Assembly (NCBI GenBank): GCA_963662545.2 | Contig: CAXXLL010000003.1 | Span: 1,536,001-1,600,000, forward strand | Length of the DNA: 64,000 nt | From: Gammaproteobacteria bacterium | GTDB lineage: Bacteria > Pseudomonadota > Gammaproteobacteria > Ga0077536 | Direction of reading: 5' to 3' | Shown here: positions 26,012 to 37,413 of the stretch, in pieces | Layout of the letters: each line of letters starts with the position of its first letter | How positions within the stretch are numbered: the stretch's first letter is position 1 | Program-made: the position numbers and the translations under genes | The notes under the pieces: model-generated | Databases searched by the model: none | What the model was told of the DNA's origin: nothing | What the model saw: the letters and a program-made list of their open reading frames with translations, nothing else

Positions 26012-27754
26012 CTACATCTCCATCGGTGCCTGAATGCCGAGAATCGCGAGTCCGTTAGCGATGATCTGGCGTACCGCGGTAACCAGTACGATGCGCGCGT
26101 TGCGCACGGCGTCATCGTCCACCAGCATTCTGTGGGCGTTGTAGTAAGCATGAAACTCGGTAGCCAGGTCACGCAAATAGTTGCTCAGTTGATGCGGTTC
26201 CCGGCCCAGGCATGCGGTCTCGACGACATCCGGATACTGTGCCAGCAAAACCGCTATCGCTCGCTCGGCGGGTTCGACCAGGTATTCGTCCAGCGCCTCA
26301 GTGCATCCCGTTACTTTCAGCTTTCTTCCGCTCATCTGCCGCAATACGCTGCAGATCCGCGCGTGGGCATACTGTACATAGTAGACGGGATTATCGTTGC
26401 TCTGTGCCTTCGCGAGATCGAGGTCGAATTCAAGGTGCTGATCTGAGCGGCGCATTACGTAGAAAAATCGCGCGGCGTCGACGCCGACATCCTCGACGAG
26501 TTGCTTCAGGGTCACGAATTCGCCAGCGCGGGTCGACATCGCCACTTTTTCGCCGCCCTGAATGAGGGTCGCAAATTGCACCAGCAGAATTTCGAGGTTT
26601 TCAGGATCCAGATCCAGTGCCTGCATCGCCGCCTTTACCCGCGGGATATAGCCATGATGATCCGCGCCCCAGATATCGATCACGCTTTCGAATCCACGCG
26701 AAAACTTGTCGAGGTGATAGGCAATATCCGAAGCGAAGTAAGTCTTAGCACCGTTCTCCCTCACGACAACACGGTCCTTCTCGTCACCGAAAGCGGAGGA
26801 TTTAAACCACCGCGCGCCACTTTCGTCAAACAGTTGCCCGCATTGGTCCAAGGCCTCGATGGCGTCGTCTATTAAACCCCGCTGGTCGAGCGAAGTTTCC
26901 GAATACCACGAATCGAATCGCACGCCGAATTCCGCAAGATCGGCTTTGATTTCCTCGAGAATAGTGCTCTTGGCCGAACGATGAATTTCGTCGAAGTGCT
27001 CCGCTCCGAGCGCCTGTTTTGCCTTTGCGATCATGTCGTCGAGCGCGCGTTCGGGATCGCCCGACGCATCGATGTTTTGAAAGGCCGAGGCCTCGACCAG
27101 CATCGCTTCGCCGCACCTGGCCTTGAGAACGGATGCGATCTGCCCGATGTAATCGCCCTGGTAAGCCAGTTGGGGGAATTCGACGCCGACTCCGAACGAT
27201 TCGAGATAGCGCAGCCAGACGCTCAACGCGAGAATATCCATTTGGCGGCCGGCGTCGTTCACGTAGTATTCGCGATGTACCTCATAACCGCAGGTTTCGA
27301 AAAGATTGGCGAGAGAAGATCCGAAGGCCGCTCCTCTCCCGTGGCCGATATGTAGCGGCCCGGTCGGGTTTGCCGATACGAACTCCAATTGAACCTTGCG
27401 ACCAGCGCCGAGATCGCAGCACCCATAGGACTCTTGCTCGGCATAGATCCGGCGAATGATGCCGAACACGTCCCTGTTACGAATGACGAAATTGATGAAT
27501 CCGGCGCCGGCGACTTCGACCTGTTCGAGCAGATCCAGGGCAGACATTTCCGCGGCGATGAGGGCGGCGATTTCATGTGGCGGACGCCGGCAGGATTTGG
27601 CCAGTAACATCGCGACGTTGGTACTGAAATCCCCGTGCGCGGTTTGTTTCGGCGTCTCAATCGTATAATCCGCGGTCGCCTCATGCGGGATCTCACCACG
27701 GGTGCGCAGGTGGTCGAGCGCGCTTTCGAGTGAAGCCCGTAGTTTACGCTTCAA
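26012..27754 (-). CDS. argS: Arginine--tRNA ligase
   Basis: EFVSANPTGPLHIGHGR, WGADHHGY, MSTRAG and YVQYAHARI motifs. Confidence 0.98.
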   Translation of the reverse strand: MKRKLRASLESALDHLRTRGEIPHEATADYTIETPKQTAHGDFSTNVAMLLAKSCRRPPHEIAALIAAEMSALDLLEQVEVAGAGFINFVIRNRDVFGIIRRIYAEQESYGCCDLGAGRKVQLEFVSANPTGPLHIGHGRGAAFGSSLANLFETCGYEVHREYYVNDAGRQMDILALSVWLRYLESFGVGVEFPQLAYQGDYIGQIASVLKARCGEAMLVEASAFQNIDASGDPERALDDMIAKAKQALGAEHFDEIHRSAKSTILEEIKADLAEFGVRFDSWYSETSLDQRGLIDDAIEALDQCGQLFDESGARWFKSSAFGDEKDRVVVRENGAKTYFASDIAYHLDKFSRGFESVIDIWGADHHGYIPRVKAAMQALDLDPENLEILLVQFATLIQGGEKVAMSTRAGEFVTLKQLVEDVGVDAARFFYVMRRSDQHLEFDLDLAKAQSNDNPVYYVQYAHARICSVLRQMSGRKLKVTGCTEALDEYLVEPAERAIAVLLAQYPDVVETACLGREPHQLSNYLRDLATEFHAYYNAHRMLVDDDAVRNARIVLVTAVRQIIANGLAILGIQAPMEM

Positions 27755-27891
27755 TGTTCTTCGTCCCTATAATCCGCGTGTCGATTGTGCCGTGCAAGCA
27801 CGGTGGTGCAGCGTTGAGTTCCTCACTATTCAAGTGCTGCAACAAAGCAGGTTCGGTTTCAGGGCGTAAGCCTGCGGACCGCAGTCCGCAT

Positions 27892-28527
27892 TCACTTCAC
27901 GACCGTCAACCCGAGGATCTCCCAATCCTGCAAGCCACCGCGATACCATTTTATTTTTGCTGCCGGGTAACCGAACTTGAGGAGGGTTTTTATATTGGTG
28001 GGCGATTGCCCACACCACATGCCGTTGCAGAAGAGCACCAGGGTCTTGGCGTGCGTGAAATCCCACAGACCCTCCAAGCTCAATGCACCGAATCGTTCCT
28101 CGAGGACTGCGGCGATTTGCAGCGGATCGGCCCCAGCTGCGGCGTTGAGTTCCGTCCAAGGGATATTAACGGAGCCGGGAATGGTGCCCTTGCTGACCCA
28201 GCCGGGCGTGCGTGAATCGATAACAAGGATTGAATCATCCGTAACGGCTCTCGAAATATAGTCGATGAGTTCGAGTTCCCCGATCGTTTGAACACCTTCC
28301 GCAACAACGATGGGCTGAATGCAAAAGGGCGGGCATTTTCGTGACGTCTTGGCATACCGCGGATCGACCGTATCATCCGGGTCCTGGTTGCGCATGATGG
28401 TGACTGGCTTGCCATTATGCTTAATGTCGACTTTGAACAGTCCCCGGTCAATGGCAACGGCAAGTTCCTCAGCAACTGTTACCTGCAGAGCGAACAAACA
28501 TCCCGCGATTAGTAGCAAGCTCTTCAT
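27892..28527 (-). CDS. Periplasmic rhodanese-like sulfurtransferase
   Basis: Signal peptide; CPPFCIQP, DSR, TIPGS.NIPW, FCNGMWCGQS and WYRGG..W motifs. Confidence 0.88.
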   Translation of the reverse strand: MKSLLLIAGCLFALQVTVAEELAVAIDRGLFKVDIKHNGKPVTIMRNQDPDDTVDPRYAKTSRKCPPFCIQPIVVAEGVQTIGELELIDYISRAVTDDSILVIDSRTPGWVSKGTIPGSVNIPWTELNAAAGADPLQIAAVLEERFGALSLEGLWDFTHAKTLVLFCNGMWCGQSPTNIKTLLKFGYPAAKIKWYRGGLQDWEILGLTVVK

Positions 28528-28641
28528 AACGCCACCTTACTGCTTGTGGAAAATAGGCAGGTCATCATCGGCCCCGCTGCCACCTTCCGTACGGCGCGCC
28601 GATTGCAAAGCCGCGCCCACCATTGTAGAACCAGATGAGCT

Positions 28642-30843
28642 TTACAAGGTGTCTTGAGGGTCAATATCCAGTGACCAGCGAACACGTGCTTGACGGGCGA
28701 GATCCTCTAGCCGTTCCAGGTGATCGGAAATTAGCTCGCCAGTATGCGAGCGCTTCGATGCACGGATCACCACCAGCGCCCGATACTTTCCCGCTCTACG
28801 TTCCATCAGCGCCGGAATGGGGTAGCTTACCTCGACCCGAGCTACCGCATGCTCTACCAACAGACCGCGTGCCTGTCGCAGGAAATCCAACGCACCCGTG
28901 GGTTTCGCCGATTCCGCCCTGATAATTACCATCGCTGAATAAGGCGGTAGACCGGCTTGCTTGCGCTCCCTCAGGGCGGCCTCTGCATAAGCATTGTAGC
29001 CATCGTCAATGATTTTCCGCAGCACCGGGTGATGCGGATGATGGGTCTGAATCAGGACGCGCCCCTGAGTCTGGGTACGGCCCGCGCGCCCAGCAACCTG
29101 CAACAGAAGCTGGGCGAGTCGCTCGTCGGCTCGAAAGTCGACCGAATACAGCCGGCTGTCTGCATCGACTACTCCAACCAAAGTAACGCCCTCGAAATCC
29201 AGCCCCTTGGCCACCATCTGCGTTCCGATCAGGATATCCACTTCCCCTCCCGCGACGGCTGTGATGACTTCCTCGTAATAACCTTGGCGCCTGACCGAGT
29301 CCCGGTCCAGGCGGCGCACCCGTTTATCTGGAAACAATTCGGTGATCGCCTCCTCGATTCTTTCAGTCCCAAGACCGATCTGCGCAATATTAGCTTCTTC
29401 GCAACAGCGAGCCCGGCGGTTCACGTGCCATTGCCGGTCGCAATGATGACACCGCGTCACTCCGAGCGCCTTGTGGAATACGACATAAGCGTCACACTGA
29501 TCGCATCGTTGAGGTTCTCCGCAATTACGGCAGATCAAAAGGGGCGAGTAGCCGCGACGGTTGAGAAATAACAGGGCTTGTTCGCCGCGATCTAGGTGCG
29601 TGCGTATCGCATCGATCAATGCGTCGCTAAGCCCTGCGGTGAGCTCTAATCCCCTGACGTCGACACAGCTTATGAGCGGCATGGGAATATCCCGCGGCCG
29701 GGATGATATGACCGCTCTCGCATACTTACCTCGTTCCACATTGGCCAAGGATTCCAGTGATGGCGTCGCCGATCCGAGGACTACCGGAAATCCTCCCTGC
29801 TGGGCACGCACCGTCGCGATATCGCGCGCCGAATAGCGGAATCCTTCCTGCTGCTTGTAGGATTGATCGTGCTCTTCGTCGACTACCACGAGTGCTAGAT
29901 CGGGCATAGGCACCCATACCGCCGATCGTGTACCGATGAGGACCCGGACCTCGCGGTGCATGCAAAGCACCCATGTCGAAGCGCGTTCGAGATCCGTCAA
30001 GCCCGAATGTATGACGCCGACGCGGTCGCCGAAGCGCGCTTGAAAGCGCTCGACGAGCTGTTTCGTCAAGCCGATTTCCGGGACCAGAACAAGTGACTGA
30101 CCTCCTCTGTCCAGGCAACATTCGACCGCCGCAAGATATACCTCGGTCTTGCCGCTGCCTGTAACGCCCTGCAGAACGATGGCCTTAAATGCCGAAAAAC
30201 TCTCGATGATCATTTGGGCCGCATTATTCTGCTCTTTGGTGAGGACGACCCCGGGCTCGACGGGAGCATTCGGAACCGGCGCGGTGTCGCAATCGATCTG
30301 TTCGATCCAAGCTTTGGCAACCAAGCGCTTGATGACCGGCCGCCATGCGAACTCGAGGCTCGCAAGTGCCTTGGGCGCGAACGGGCCTGAACCCAGCAAC
30401 CGCAATACCTCTTTCTGCCGCCCGGCGTTGCGGCCCAGGGCGGCTAGCCCCTGTTTTCCGCTGGCAGTAATCTGCCAGGCGTGAGGTTTGACGGGTGGTA
30501 GTGAGCGACGGCGACGCAAGCGGGTCGGCAACATCGTAGCGATCACTTCGCCCAGCGGGTGATGGTAGTAGCGCGCCGCCCAGCGTGCGAGCTTGAGATT
30601 CTCACCGTCGAGTAGCGGATGATCGTCCAGTAATTCGACGAGCGCCTTGAGCTTTTCTTGCGCAACCTCGCTCGAAGATTTGCGATCGAGCACGACGCCA
30701 ACGCGTGTAGAGCGGCCAAAGGGCACTAGAACGCGCGTACCGATTAGATTGTCGACCGATTGAAATTTTTTCGGCAACCGGTAGTCGAAAGTCTGTCGCA
30801 ATGGGGCGAATACAGCGACGACGACGACCGAACGACCGGACAT
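28642..30843 (-). CDS. priA: Primosomal protein N'
   Basis: GVTGSGKTEVY, DEEHD, GSATPS, NRRGY, Cys-rich region and QVAGRAGR. Confidence 0.96.
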   Translation of the reverse strand: MSGRSVVVVAVFAPLRQTFDYRLPKKFQSVDNLIGTRVLVPFGRSTRVGVVLDRKSSSEVAQEKLKALVELLDDHPLLDGENLKLARWAARYYHHPLGEVIATMLPTRLRRRRSLPPVKPHAWQITASGKQGLAALGRNAGRQKEVLRLLGSGPFAPKALASLEFAWRPVIKRLVAKAWIEQIDCDTAPVPNAPVEPGVVLTKEQNNAAQMIIESFSAFKAIVLQGVTGSGKTEVYLAAVECCLDRGGQSLVLVPEIGLTKQLVERFQARFGDRVGVIHSGLTDLERASTWVLCMHREVRVLIGTRSAVWVPMPDLALVVVDEEHDQSYKQQEGFRYSARDIATVRAQQGGFPVVLGSATPSLESLANVERGKYARAVISSRPRDIPMPLISCVDVRGLELTAGLSDALIDAIRTHLDRGEQALLFLNRRGYSPLLICRNCGEPQRCDQCDAYVVFHKALGVTRCHHCDRQWHVNRRARCCEEANIAQIGLGTERIEEAITELFPDKRVRRLDRDSVRRQGYYEEVITAVAGGEVDILIGTQMVAKGLDFEGVTLVGVVDADSRLYSVDFRADERLAQLLLQVAGRAGRTQTQGRVLIQTHHPHHPVLRKIIDDGYNAYAEAALRERKQAGLPPYSAMVIIRAESAKPTGALDFLRQARGLLVEHAVARVEVSYPIPALMERRAGKYRALVVIRASKRSHTGELISDHLERLEDLARQARVRWSLDIDPQDTL

Positions 30844-31017
30844 GTCAGTGGGGTCCGGTCCGCAACCGAGGTGGTGTCGCCCGTTCGCGCCACGAGTCCA
30901 TGTCAATGCCGTATAAGTGAACGAAACGGACGGGCGACATGAAAAGTATCAACACACTGCCGACCCACCGACGAAAGACAATGGGAACGTTCTTTTTTAC
31001 CCCGCACGCTTATCGAA

Positions 31018-31677
31018 TCACGGCATTTTGGTATGGGTAACGGAGAGCCATACGGAATTGAATACCCGGCCTGAGCTGATCAGACGGGCAACCGCCGTAA
31101 TCGCAGCTCGCTGCATTGGCCGGCCGTCGATTGGACTCAAGGGATGTCGCATAGCACCTTCCGTTGGAAACACGGCCAGCTCGAATTGCTGTCCCGCGAT
31201 AATCAAGTTGAACACCGGCACGGATTGCATCGCGGTCGAACGGCCGAATCGAAATCGGGCTTCGATAATTTCGTAGGCGAGTCGCCGCTCAATAAGGTAG
31301 CGCGTCACGGCTTCGAGTTCAGGACTGAACAAATGAAGATGGATCGCCGAATGATCGCAGGCCGTTCCATATAACACGGGCCCGGTCAGCCGCGGCTCGA
31401 AAATTTCGAGAAACTCCATCGCCTCGAGGGCTGCTTCGCGCAGGAGCAGTACCCGAGTTTCATGCGTGTCACCGTAAAAAAGCGTTAGATGCTCGGCAAG
31501 CGCGTTGTGTAATTCGAGATTATCCGGAAGATTGTGGCTGTTCTCCGCACCGAGTTCTCGCGCCGCTTTACGCTTTGCGCCTTCGAAACCGCCAGCGGTC
31601 CCGTCCGCGATCATTCTCGCCGCCGTCGCCGCAATTTCGGCACGGACATTTTTCGACTGCTGTCGTTTCTGCGCCAT
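31018..31677 (-). CDS. Conserved hypothetical protein (nucleotidyltransferase-like fold likely)
   Basis: IA..AAR.IA.G..AKRKAA..L..LP.N followed by F.PRL.G.VL.GTA; resembles a family I recall from proteobacteria. Confidence 0.65.
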   Translation of the reverse strand: MAQKRQQSKNVRAEIAATAARMIADGTAGGFEGAKRKAARELGAENSHNLPDNLELHNALAEHLTLFYGDTHETRVLLLREAALEAMEFLEIFEPRLTGPVLYGTACDHSAIHLHLFSPELEAVTRYLIERRLAYEIIEARFRFGRSTAMQSVPVFNLIIAGQQFELAVFPTEGAMRHPLSPIDGRPMQRAAITAVARLISSGRVFNSVWLSVTHTKMP

Positions 31678-31750
31678 TGTAATTCGCTGGTGTACAGCGA
31701 TCGTGACTTCGGTTATGTCCGAACCCCGTGTCCACCATCGGGATTATTAG

Positions 31751-31911
31751 GGAACCTCTGAATAAGTCATGGCACCTCTGCCTTGCTTTTGAAATCGCGG
31801 AGCCTAACGTGACGAACCTTAGCCCTAGTCCCGCTATGGCCTGCGATTCGTGCCTCGATCTGCACCATTGCATGAACCATTCAGACCCACCATGACTTAT
31901 TCAGAGATTCC
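31751..31911. repeat. MITE-like element, family A copy 3 (opposite orientation)
   Basis: Same inverted ends with TTAG duplicated. The right TTAG contains the mrcA stop (TAA on the minus strand). Confidence 0.9.
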
Positions 31912-34368
31912 TTAGAATAGTTGTTCGGGAATGATGTCCCGCTTCTCCGGCGAAAAGCCTGAATCGAGGCTATCGCCTCGCGGTGGTAGGTATCCCGGAC
32001 GGAAAGATTCAAAAATGGCGTCGGGATGATCCGCGCCCGCGAGCAGACCGGTATCCGGATCTATGCGCACGGTAATCAGTCCCGCTGGCTGTATCATTCG
32101 CGTCTCGGGTATACGGTCGAGCGCGACCCGCATGTAGTCCATCCAGGCTGGCAGCGCCGCACGTGCGCCAGTTTCACGTTTACCGAGCGGCGCTACGCGA
32201 TCGAATCCAACCCAAACGGTGGTCACCACGCGTCCGTTGAAACCGGAAAACCACGCATCTTTCTGGTCGTTCGTCGTGCCGGTCTTACCGGCCAGATCCT
32301 TGCGTCCCAACCTACGTGCGCGCCTGCCGGTACCGCGTTTAATGACATCCAGCATCATCGAATTCATGATCCACGCATTTTCGGCGTCGAGGACACGGGC
32401 GGCGGAATTGCTCGGCGGCAAGCGATCCATATCCAGCAGAGCGGCAATATCGACCGGTTCACCGTCGTCATCGAGCGCGACGTTCTCACACACTTCGCAC
32501 ACCGTCGCAGGATCGGCCTCATAGAGAACTTCGCCGTCGCCGGATTCGATGGTCTGAACGAAATACGGATCGATCTTGTAACCGCCGTTAGCCAGGACTG
32601 CATAACCGGTTACGATTTCCATCGGCGTGAGTTCGCCGCTGCCTAATGCCATCGAAAGGTTCGCCGGCAGTCTGTTCGAATCAAATCCGAAGCGGCTGAT
32701 ATGCTTGAGTGCATATTCCACGCCGATCGCGCGCAACAATCGAATCGATACGAGATTGCGTGACTTCGTCAAAGCTTCGCGCAGGCGCGTCGGCCCGAAG
32801 TACTTGCCGCTGTAATTTTCCGGCCGCCAGGCGCTTTCAAGCCCGGGCGCGTCGAAAACGATCGGCGCGTCATTAATGAAGCTTGCTGCGGTAAAGCCTT
32901 TCTGCAAGGCTGCGGAATAGATGAACGGCTTGAAATTTGATCCGGGCTGTCTTAGCGCCTGCGTCACGCGATTGAACTTGCTGCGGTAATAGTCGAGTCC
33001 TCCCACCAGGGCCTGCACGCTGCCATCCTTGGGGTCCAGAGACACCAGCGCGCCTTCGATCTTTGGAATTTGCTCGAGTCGCCAAAAGCCGGCCGTTACC
33101 GCGCCGCCTTGCCCAGCGTCGCCTTCCGCGGATGCCGGCCGGTGCCAGCGGACTCTTATTATGTCCCCCTCGTTGACGATATCTGTGGTGGTTTTCGGCG
33201 CGCGGCCCAACGCGTCCTGAGAAAGGTGCTTACGCGCCCACTTAATGCCGTCCCAGGGAATCGTGATCGCGCCGAATTCCTTCGTATAAGCAACGATTTT
33301 CTGCGCCTCAAGGGCGATGATCAGGGCCGGGTAGAAACCCCCGACTTCATGAAAATCGCGCAGCGCCTTAGCCCAATCCTCGGCCGTCGTATCAGGCGTC
33401 GATGGACTTGACGCTTCCGCTCCCCGGTAGCCATGCCTGCGGTCGTAATCGGACAAGCCTTTGCGTATGGCCTCTCTCGCCGCATCCTGCAAATGGCTCC
33501 GCACGGTCGTTCGAACCTTGTAGCCCGAGGTGTAAGCTGCTTTAGCGTAACGATCGACCATGTAATCGCGAACGAGTTCAGCGAGGTGCGGCGCCCGTGT
33601 TTCAACCGCCTGACCGTGACGCCGGGCGGTTATCGGCGCGGTGACCGTGGCATTAAATTGCTGCTGTTCGATCAGGCCCACCTTCAACATGCGCCTGAGC
33701 ACATACTCACGCCGTTCTCGCGCCATTTCAGGATTACTGATCGGATTCGTTCGTGAAGGTGCTTTCGGAAGTCCGGCAATCATCGCCATCTGGGCCAGGC
33801 TCAGTTGATCGAGTGTCGCTCCGTAGTAGACCTGCGCGGCAGCCCCTACGCCGTAAGCACGATGACCCAGGAAAATTTTGTTTAAGTACAGTTCCAGGAT
33901 ATCGTCTTTGGATAACTCGCGTTCGATGATGATGGCCAGTACGATTTCTTTCAGCTTACGTTCGTAGGTTTTTTCAGGTGACAGGAAAAAGTTTCTCGCG
34001 ACCTGCATGGTGATCGTAGAACCGCCGCGCTTTTTCTCGCGCGTCTGCAACAGCTCGAGGGCCGCCCGGGTGATCGCCATCCAATCGACTCCGGGATGGT
34101 CGTAGAAACGATCGTCTTCAGCAGCGATGAATGCCTGCTTCATCAGCGCAGGTACATCTTCGATCGCTACTGGATCGCGGCGTTTCTCGCCGAATTCCGC
34201 AATAAGTTTGCCGTCCGCGGTGTAGACTTTTAGAGGCGTCTGCAGATGGACGTCTTTGAGGGATTCGACCGGTGGGAGTTGCGGAATGACGTACCACAGC
34301 ACGCCGGCCGTGCCGGCGACGCCGAGGGCGAAAAGCAGAAGCAGAGAATAGAAGGCAAATCGCAACAT
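31912..34368 (-). CDS. mrcA: Penicillin-binding protein 1A
   Basis: EDDRFY.H.G, GSTITMQVARN, RK..E, SxxK (GSNFKP), SRN and KTGTT motifs; divergent from pilM. Confidence 0.96.
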   Translation of the reverse strand: MLRFAFYSLLLLFALGVAGTAGVLWYVIPQLPPVESLKDVHLQTPLKVYTADGKLIAEFGEKRRDPVAIEDVPALMKQAFIAAEDDRFYDHPGVDWMAITRAALELLQTREKKRGGSTITMQVARNFFLSPEKTYERKLKEIVLAIIIERELSKDDILELYLNKIFLGHRAYGVGAAAQVYYGATLDQLSLAQMAMIAGLPKAPSRTNPISNPEMARERREYVLRRMLKVGLIEQQQFNATVTAPITARRHGQAVETRAPHLAELVRDYMVDRYAKAAYTSGYKVRTTVRSHLQDAAREAIRKGLSDYDRRHGYRGAEASSPSTPDTTAEDWAKALRDFHEVGGFYPALIIALEAQKIVAYTKEFGAITIPWDGIKWARKHLSQDALGRAPKTTTDIVNEGDIIRVRWHRPASAEGDAGQGGAVTAGFWRLEQIPKIEGALVSLDPKDGSVQALVGGLDYYRSKFNRVTQALRQPGSNFKPFIYSAALQKGFTAASFINDAPIVFDAPGLESAWRPENYSGKYFGPTRLREALTKSRNLVSIRLLRAIGVEYALKHISRFGFDSNRLPANLSMALGSGELTPMEIVTGYAVLANGGYKIDPYFVQTIESGDGEVLYEADPATVCEVCENVALDDDGEPVDIAALLDMDRLPPSNSAARVLDAENAWIMNSMMLDVIKRGTGRRARRLGRKDLAGKTGTTNDQKDAWFSGFNGRVVTTVWVGFDRVAPLGKRETGARAALPAWMDYMRVALDRIPETRMIQPAGLITVRIDPDTGLLAGADHPDAIFESFRPGYLPPRGDSLDSGFSPEKRDIIPEQLF

Positions 34369-34549
34369 CTTGTGCTTTAGTTGAGAGTGAGACGCCAACA
34401 TATGATGTTTTATTACTTTAGATATCCGCTGTAACATTCGATTTCTAATAGATTTTCAGTGAACATTCGATTGTTTTTTGCATGGCGATTGTCTATAGTT
34501 AGCCGTAACTATTAAGGTTAATGCGCACTTTTCTATGTTAACCTATTGA

Positions 34550-35629
<1,080 letters not shown>

Positions 35630-35630
<1 letters not shown>

Positions 35631-36202
35631 TGCCACGCGTTAATCTACTTCCATGGCGCGAAGAATTGCGCGTGCAGAAACGCACCGAATATTTGGTGAC
35701 GCTCGGAATCTGCGCCGTCTTCGCGACCGCCGTATGGTTCAGTATGCATCTCTATGTCAACGAAAAGATAAAACAGCAGGAACGGCGCAATGCCTATCTC
35801 AACGAACAAATCGTATTCCTCGACAAAAAAATTGAGGAAATCAAACGGCTCGAGAAAGAAAAGGAAAGTCTGATCGCGCGAATGAAAGCAATTGAAACGC
35901 TGCAAACCAGCCGCCCGATCATCGTTCATCTATTCGACGAACTCGTAAGCACCTTGCCAGACGGCGTGTATCTCAAGGAGGTCTCGCAAAAGGGCGATGC
36001 TGTCACGATTAAGGGCGTCGCGCAGTCTAACGCCCGTGTCTCTAATTACATGCGTAATGTTGAGGCCTCGGAGTGGGTTAAGGAACCGAAGCTGAACATT
36101 ATTCAATCGAAGACCGAAGACGGGCGCCGCATCGCAGATTTTACGCTAACGCTTAAACAAACCGCACTCAAGACCAGCAGCGAAGAAGAGGACGAAATCT
36201 GA
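35630..36202 (+). CDS. pilN: Type IV pilus assembly protein PilN
   Basis: VNLLPWRE, LQ.SRP, P.GVYL and SN.RVS.YMRN motifs. Confidence 0.95.
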
Positions 36203-36822
36203 TGGCAATGTCAATGTCAGATCTCAATAATCTCAGCCTGGACAACCTAGGCAGTTGGCCAATGCCGGTAAAGATCGCCGGTGGCATTCTGGTAATCGCC
36301 GCCATCGTGATCGGCGGCTGGTACTACGATATTACGGAACTTAACGTTAAATTCGATAACGTCGAAAAGGAAGAAATAGATCTTAAGCTGGCTTTCGAAG
36401 CGAAGCAGAAAAAGGCTGCCAATCTCCCTGCTCTAAAGCAACAGCTCGAGGATATCAAGGAAACGTTTGGTGACCTGCTCAAACGATTGCCTAACAAGAC
36501 GGAAGTCGCCGAATTGCTGGTCGACATCTCACAACAAGGTCTTGGCGCGGGACTCGAGTTCGACCTGTTCAAGCCGGGTAGCGAGAAACCCGCAGATTTC
36601 TATGTTGAACTGCCGATCCAGATCCGCGTAGTCGGCGACTATCACGAATTCGGCAATTTCATCAGTGGTATATCCGATCTGCCGCGAATCGTGACGAGCC
36701 ACGACATCAAAATTACTCCGAACCCCGGGACCGGCGGTAAGCCCGGTACCGGACTTGTCCTCGAAACAACCGCAAAAACGTATCGGTATATCGACGAAGA
36801 AGAAGAAGGTGAGGGATCCTGA
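36202..36822 (+). CDS. pilO: Type IV pilus assembly protein PilO
   Basis: GSWP, LP.KTEV..LL.DI, FY.ELPI, G.YH.FG.F and AKTYRY motifs. Confidence 0.95.
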   Translation: MAMSMSDLNNLSLDNLGSWPMPVKIAGGILVIAAIVIGGWYYDITELNVKFDNVEKEEIDLKLAFEAKQKKAANLPALKQQLEDIKETFGDLLKRLPNKTEVAELLVDISQQGLGAGLEFDLFKPGSEKPADFYVELPIQIRVVGDYHEFGNFISGISDLPRIVTSHDIKITPNPGTGGKPGTGLVLETTAKTYRYIDEEEEGEGS

Positions 36823-36824
36823 TC

Positions 36825-37394
36825 ATGAATGCCGGGCTCAAATCTAAGCTTCTTCGTGCATGGGCGCTCGCCGCGCTCGCGATACTGGCAAGCGGCTGCG
36901 TCTCCAAGGATATTTCGGACCTGGAGCGGTATACGGGAGAAGTTCTCGACCGCGCCGGCGGCACAATCGAACCGCTGCCACCGATCAAACCGTACGAAAG
37001 ATATTTGTACCAGGCCGAAAAACTGGGATCGCGCAATCCGTTCCGCTCCTTCTTCGATATACGGCCGGAAAAAGAGGATCTCGTTAAAGCTTTAGATCCC
37101 GCGCAACAAAAACTCATAGACGAAACCGTCATTCATAAACCGGAAGAACTCGAAAATTTCGAACTGGACGCGCTCCGCATGGTGGGCTTGCTGGAAAATC
37201 CAGAAGCCTTGTGGGCGATTATTCGTGACCAGGAAGGAATCGTGCACCGCGTTCAGGTCGGCGATTACCTCGGCCGAAACTTCGGCAAGATCATTAACAT
37301 TCAGGAAAGTCGAATTGACGTTCGAGAAATCATCAAGGATTCGACGGGACGCTATGAAGAACGTGAAGCGTCTTTGGCCTTATCCGACGAATAA
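36825..37394 (+). CDS. pilP: Type IV pilus lipoprotein PilP
   Basis: Lipobox LASGC, RNPF, LE.F.LD.L.MVG and G.YLG.N.G motifs. Confidence 0.93.
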   Translation: MNAGLKSKLLRAWALAALAILASGCVSKDISDLERYTGEVLDRAGGTIEPLPPIKPYERYLYQAEKLGSRNPFRSFFDIRPEKEDLVKALDPAQQKLIDETVIHKPEELENFELDALRMVGLLENPEALWAIIRDQEGIVHRVQVGDYLGRNFGKIINIQESRIDVREIIKDSTGRYEEREASLALSDE

Positions 37395-37413
37395 CCCGAA
37401 AAGGTGTAAGAAG

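Noticed and set aside
34000-34040. PBP1A RGGSTIT instead of QGGSTIT as a sign of decay
   Set aside because: Arg occurs naturally at this position in peptidoglycan glycosyltransferases, and all other catalytic motifs are intact.
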